Shown here: positions 37,168 through 41,364 of the stretch, in pieces
Layout: every line of letters starts with the position of its first letter
Numbering within the stretch: position 1 is the stretch's first letter
Origin: an uncultured Methanosarcinales archaeon
GTDB lineage: Archaea > Nanobdellota > Nanobdellia > Woesearchaeales > CAYSVS01
Assembly (NCBI GenBank): GCA_964434475.1
Contig: CAYSVS010000006.1
Span: 1-41,364, forward strand
DNA: 41,364 bases
Reading direction: 5' to 3'
Notes under the pieces: generated by a model
What the model was told of the DNA's origin: nothing
What the model saw: the letters and a program-made list of their open reading frames with translations, nothing else
The model's database searches: none
Position numbers and translations under genes: made by a program

Positions 37168-37602
37168 ATGAAAGCTATTGTAGTTACTGGTACGCCCGGA
37201 ACAGGCAAGACAACATTTGCAAAGAAATTAGCAAAAGATAATAATTATAAATATATTGATGTCAATGAAATCATAAAGTTAAATAACTTGTGTGAGGAGT
37301 ATGATAACCAGAAGGATTGTATTGTTGTCGATGAAACCAAATTGGCGGATGTTTTAGTCGCCATGATAAAGAATCTTGATGTTAAATTAGTGATAGACAG
37401 TCATATGTCTCATTTTATACCTAAAGAATATGTTGAAAAATGTTATGTGTGCAAATGTAATTTTCCTGAATTAAAAAATAGGCTTGAAAAACGAGGGTAT
37501 TCTGAAAACAAGATAAAAGATAATCTAGAATGTGAAATTTTTGATGTTTGTTTGAATGAAGCTAAAGAATTAGGGCACGACATAAAAATTATTTGTACTT
37601 AA
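37168..37602 (+). CDS. Adenylate kinase, AK6/Fap7 family
   Basis: VTGTPGTGKTT; LVIDSH; LKNRLEKRGYSENKIKDNLECEI. Confidence 0.9.
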   Translation: MKAIVVTGTPGTGKTTFAKKLAKDNNYKYIDVNEIIKLNNLCEEYDNQKDCIVVDETKLADVLVAMIKNLDVKLVIDSHMSHFIPKEYVEKCYVCKCNFPELKNRLEKRGYSENKIKDNLECEIFDVCLNEAKELGHDIKIICT

Positions 37603-37603
37603 T

Positions 37604-37834
37604 TCATCTGCTTCTTTCTAGGGGTGTTGTTTCCATTTGATTTCCGCAATCAGAACAGCATAATTCTCTATCTGTTATCTGGCTGCCGCATACATCGCAT
37701 TTTGTATCGTCTACAACAACTCCCCATTTTTCTAAACTGCACCCGCAGTTAGGGCAATTGCCTCCTTGCCAAGCTTTACCTATGTTGGATCCGCACTTTC
37801 CGCAATATCTTGAAACATGTTTGTTTAATATCAT
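37604..37834 (-). CDS. Small multi zinc-ribbon protein
   Basis: Four CxxCG pairs in 76 aa. Confidence 0.75.
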   Translation of the reverse strand: MILNKHVSRYCGKCGSNIGKAWQGGNCPNCGCSLEKWGVVVDDTKCDVCGSQITDRELCCSDCGNQMETTPLERSR

Positions 37835-37892
37835 ATTATTTATAATGTATTGTCATATTTAAAATTAATTGCTTATTGCTTTTTGTAACTTT

Positions 37893-38201
37893 TTTACTTA
37901 CATATACAGATATTTTTCCTTATTTTTTCTTTTTAGGGTTTTTATTTCTTACTTTACAAGATAATTTACTTACATATACAGATATTTTTCTTATTTCTTT
38001 TATTTTAGGGTTTTTATCTCTTACTTAAAATGATTATTTACTTACATATACGGATATTTTTCTTATTTCTTTCCTTTTAGGGTTTTTATCTCCTACTTAA
38101 AATGATTATTTACTTACATATACAGATAAACATCTCTTTAATTTTTTTATTTAAATAATATAGAAATATATATAAAGGATTAATTATTACATATACAGAT
38201 A
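37893..38201. repeat. Non-coding 72-bp-period direct repeat array with core TTACATATACAGATA
   Basis: Units begin at 37893, 37965, 38037 and 38109 (partial); a fifth isolated core lies at 38187-38201. Confidence 0.9.
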
Positions 38202-38227
38202 ATTAACTTAATTCAATAGCGATAAAC

Positions 38228-38728
38228 GTGACAAGGAAAAAAGGGGTAGCAGAGGATAGTAGAGATTTTGATAGATTATTCTCTGAGATAGAGTCCCTAA
38301 AAAAAGAGATCTTTTCTTTGAAGCAAAAATATGATTCTATGAGTGCTAATGAAGGACAAACATCAATTCCTTTGAATGTTTTCTCAAAAGAATTAAGTTC
38401 ACTAGAGACAATAGTCAAATTCCTGAAAGAAAATAAGTTATTGAGCAATAAAAAGATTGCAAAATTAACAAATAGAAGTGAAAAGACTATTTCTCAAGCA
38501 TATACTTCTGCTGTTAAAAAACATCATGAAAAATTAATTGATTCATTTTCGCAGTTTTCGTTTCCTGTTGATATTCTAGAGAGCAGGAATTTAAGTGTGT
38601 TGGAAAATATTGTTGTTTATCTTAAATCCAATTATGATATTAATTTCAGCGCAATTGGCAAATTATTACACAGAAATCAAAGAACAATTTGGACAATATA
38701 TCAGAGAGCTAAAAAAAAGAGGCAGTAA
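38228..38728 (+). CDS. Tandem helix-turn-helix DNA-binding protein (putative regulator)
   Basis: Two internal repeats: LSSLETIVKFLKE..KIAKLTNRSEKTISQAY and LSVLENIVVYLKS..AIGKLLHRNQRTIWTIYQRAKKK; N-terminal coiled coil; TATATATAAA upstream. Confidence 0.8.
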   Translation: MTRKKGVAEDSRDFDRLFSEIESLKKEIFSLKQKYDSMSANEGQTSIPLNVFSKELSSLETIVKFLKENKLLSNKKIAKLTNRSEKTISQAYTSAVKKHHEKLIDSFSQFSFPVDILESRNLSVLENIVVYLKSNYDINFSAIGKLLHRNQRTIWTIYQRAKKKRQ

Positions 38729-41364
38729 ATGAAATTACAGACTTCAATAAAAAGGGGCATTAGGAAGTATCTATTTGTAGCAATCCTTTTACTTGTATTT
38801 ATGTTTGGTTTGTATTTTGGATATTATTACGGTTCTACTGTAAATAAATTAACTGGAAATTTTTATGTTGAACTTCCTGATTCAGCAGATCTTAATGATG
38901 TTGTGAATGGGACTATAACCATAGTCTTGAAGTCTGAAGAATTTGTTCCTCTAAATACAAGGGTTGTGGTAGGATATAAGGATGAACTCAAGGAATATAA
39001 GTTGGAGAATCTTGTAGATACTTGTGCAAATGGCAGTTATAATTATTTAAGTCTGGAACAAGGACAAGGTTTAGGAATAGGTGCTAAAGGAAAGAAAGTT
39101 GTTTATCCGAACATAGATTTCGTATATTCTATAACTCAGAATAATCAGACTATGGATTATTCTGCTTCTATAAATGCAACATACGGTTTTATGATAAACA
39201 AATTAGAGCATGCAAACATTACAATATATAACTCTTCTTTTGTTTCAGATGGAGAGGCTGTTCTTGAATACGTCAATATAGAGAATAATCCTGGAAATTA
39301 TACTATAACCACTAACTATTCAAAAATAATTGAAGGTTATGGTAAAGGTTTTGTAGCTGAAGAAGAAATGGTATTGAGTTTTAATTTTTCAATAGGTCCT
39401 TTCAAGGATTCTGGAGTCAATAAGGTAAATGCAAATATGATGTATGAGAATGAAAGTTTGGTAAGTGATGAGAAAAATGTTTTTGTAGATTATATGGATG
39501 AGGATGTATATGATAGGGATGGAGACGGATTCGACAATTATAATGACTGTGATGATAACGATGCTTCAGTTAATCCTGGTGCTGAAGAAATACTTTATGA
39601 TGGCATAGATAATGACTGTAATGTTTCTACTTTAGATTATGTTGATTCAGATGGTGATGGATTCAACAGCGATGTTGACTGTGACGATAACGATGCTTCA
39701 GTTAATCCTGGAAAAGAGGAAATATATTATGACGGTGTTGATCAGAACTGTGACGGAGAAGATACGTATTTGGGTTTGGATATTATACAGGAAGCAGAAG
39801 AGATGTACAATGCCATAGAAAAAGGCAAGTGGATTGTTGTTGATGATGAAGGATATACTAAAAATAAAGCATTGTTTACTAGTGCAGGAAACTCTTTGAA
39901 ATATGAGTTTATAGGGACTCAAATTTATCTTATATTACAAAAAAGATTTGACTTTGGTATGTTGAAAGTTTATTTAGATGGCAAGCATATAAAGGATATT
40001 GATCTTTATTCAGACGATATAGAGTATAATATTGTTGAAAAGGTTGCAGATGATCTTTCAGATGGAAGCCATACTTTGATGTTAAAAGCAGAGGTTAATG
40101 AGGATAGAATATATTCTGTTGTTGACGCTTTAGTGGGTGAACCTCAAACAACCATATTTATGACTATGAAAGGAGAAGCAGGAATAATGGAGATGCCTTC
40201 TGTTAGTTCAGTTTCAATTGATTCAACTAACGACAATGTTTTGGATGATGATAACTTGACTATGAACTTGAGCTATTCTTCTGGAGATTCTGTTAAGAAC
40301 ATTACAAACTGGTATGTGAACGGAAGTTCGATAGCTGATTTAAACATTCCTTTTGAGCCGGGCAATAGTCTTGGCAACTATGGTTCAGGCAGTTCTTTAA
40401 CTAATGGAGGAGCAAGCTATGTTTCTACTGGAGGTTATGACGGCAGAGGTGCTTATGAATTTGATGGTTCTTCAACATATATTGATACCAACTATAGAGC
40501 AACAGGATTGACAGAGATGTCTTTTTCTGCTTGGTTTAAACTGGATCAAAAATCAAGCACGAAAGGAAGCGCACAAACTCTTTTAGGTACGACTGATGCT
40601 TCGTCTGCAGGCTTATCTTATTATATATTGAGTTCTGATGTGATAGCTGTTTTCCATAGGAACGGCGGCACTAACCCTGGTTTTTTAGAAGGCACAACTA
40701 CAATAACTGCAGATGAATGGCACCATATAGTCGTTACAGCAAAACAAGTAAGCGGTTCATGTACTACAAATTGTCTAGATTACACGATCTACCTGGATGG
40801 AGATGTTGAAAAGTCAACAACTTCTTATGGCCAAGGAAAAACAATAGCAAGAGCAAAAGATTTCCATTTGTGTTCAACACATCATTATTCTAACGGAGCA
40901 ACATATATCTTAGACGGGATAATGGATGATGTGATAATATTCAATAAAGAGATATCAGAGGAGCAGGCTATAGCTTTGTATAGAAATAGGACTGATCTGA
41001 TAGTATCGCAAGAAACTTCTTTGGGAGATAATTGGGGTGTATGTGTTACGCCTAATAATGGCTCGCAAGACGGCACAGAAGATTGCTCTGATAATGTTAC
41101 TATTGTTTCTGAGCTTCCTAATAGTGCACCTTCTGTTGATTCTATATCTTTGAGTTCAACATCAGCAAACAATTTAACAGGAGATAATATCAGTATAGAA
41201 TTAAGCGTATCAGATCCTGATGGAGATTATATTAAAAATATTACTAACTGGTATTTAAATGGAAGTTCGATAACTATTCTAAATTCACCTTTTGAACCTG
41301 GAAGTAACTTATCAGATTATGCTTTAGGTAATGTTTTTACAAATAATGGCGCTGATTATTTAGC
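38729..41364 (+). CDS. Large surface protein, 3'-partial (not in ORF track): signal anchor, two MopE-like metal-binding repeats, LamG/concanavalin-A-like module(s)
   Basis: ATG directly after the HTH stop, open to the window end (~878 codons). MKLQTSIKRGIRKYLFVAILLLVFMFGL; DxDGDGF..DCDDNDASVNPGxEEI.YDGxD twice; AYEFDGSSTYI..SFSAWFK..WHHIVVT..IYLDG..GIMDDVIIFNKEISEEQ. Confidence 0.9.
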   Translation, partial: MKLQTSIKRGIRKYLFVAILLLVFMFGLYFGYYYGSTVNKLTGNFYVELPDSADLNDVVNGTITIVLKSEEFVPLNTRVVVGYKDELKEYKLENLVDTCANGSYNYLSLEQGQGLGIGAKGKKVVYPNIDFVYSITQNNQTMDYSASINATYGFMINKLEHANITIYNSSFVSDGEAVLEYVNIENNPGNYTITTNYSKIIEGYGKGFVAEEEMVLSFNFSIGPFKDSGVNKVNANMMYENESLVSDEKNVFVDYMDEDVYDRDGDGFDNYNDCDDNDASVNPGAEEILYDGIDNDCNVSTLDYVDSDGDGFNSDVDCDDNDASVNPGKEEIYYDGVDQNCDGEDTYLGLDIIQEAEEMYNAIEKGKWIVVDDEGYTKNKALFTSAGNSLKYEFIGTQIYLILQKRFDFGMLKVYLDGKHIKDIDLYSDDIEYNIVEKVADDLSDGSHTLMLKAEVNEDRIYSVVDALVGEPQTTIFMTMKGEAGIMEMPSVSSVSIDSTNDNVLDDDNLTMNLSYSSGDSVKNITNWYVNGSSIADLNIPFEPGNSLGNYGSGSSLTNGGASYVSTGGYDGRGAYEFDGSSTYIDTNYRATGLTEMSFSAWFKLDQKSSTKGSAQTLLGTTDASSAGLSYYILSSDVIAVFHRNGGTNPGFLEGTTTITADEWHHIVVTAKQVSGSCTTNCLDYTIYLDGDVEKSTTSYGQGKTIARAKDFHLCSTHHYSNGATYILDGIMDDVIIFNKEISEEQAIALYRNRTDLIVSQETSLGDNWGVCVTPNNGSQDGTEDCSDNVTIVSELPNSAPSVDSISLSSTSANNLTGDNISIELSVSDPDGDYIKNITNWYLNGSSITILNSPFEPGSNLSDYALGNVFTNNGADYL
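39545..39711 (+). repeat. 35-bp near-identical direct repeat (132-bp spacing) encoding DCDDNDASVNPG
   Basis: 39545-39579 versus 39677-39711, one mismatch. Confidence 0.85.

Noticed and set aside
37893..38201. CRISPR array, telomere-like TTTTAGGG repeats, ORB origin or repeat-coding ORF
   Set aside because: Whole units repeat without unique spacers; one TTTTAGGG per unit; no ORB consensus or cdc6 nearby; no ORF is called across it and the minus-strand frames are stopped.
1074..41172. Numerous 60-113 aa ORFs nested in or antisense to long genes
   Set aside because: Shadow ORFs fully overlapping well-supported CDSs, with no motifs.
1..41364. Diversity-generating retroelement acting on the surface proteins
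   Set aside because: No reverse transcriptase and no repeat pair differing specifically at adenines was seen.

Overview
AT-rich archaeal chromosomal segment, almost all on the + strand. RadA, euryarchaeal-type RPA, an AK6-type kinase, BRE/TATA promoters and many short KKAQ-type class III signal peptides point to a DPANN archaeon, most plausibly Woesearchaeota; this taxonomy is inferred, not searched. Bases 1-30.6 kb form one co-oriented surface-structure locus. It has three very large acidic, Cys-rich exported proteins (>1016, 4140 and 1342 aa), followed by 16 consecutive genes with prepilin-type N-termini, two of them ~48-aa mini-pilins missing from the ORF track. Their heads include beta-defensin-like 6-Cys modules, a TSP3-like Ca loop, an apparently inactive amidase-like domain and a Gly/Ala hydrophobic hairpin. 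One gene has its cleavage site triplicated by a 90-bp tandem repeat containing a GC-rich palindromic segment. Next come RPA, a YdjM-like hydrolase, a PC4-like protein and RadA (repeated TGTCCA boxes lie upstream of the PC4-like/radA pair), an ABC-2 exporter, an AK6-type kinase and a zinc-ribbon protein. The window ends with a 72-bp-period non-coding repeat array before a tandem-HTH regulator, which abuts a LamG-containing surface protein that runs off the end. No rRNA, tRNA, CRISPR array, transposase, pilus ATPase, TadC or prepilin peptidase was recognised. Domain names come from reading motifs by eye.
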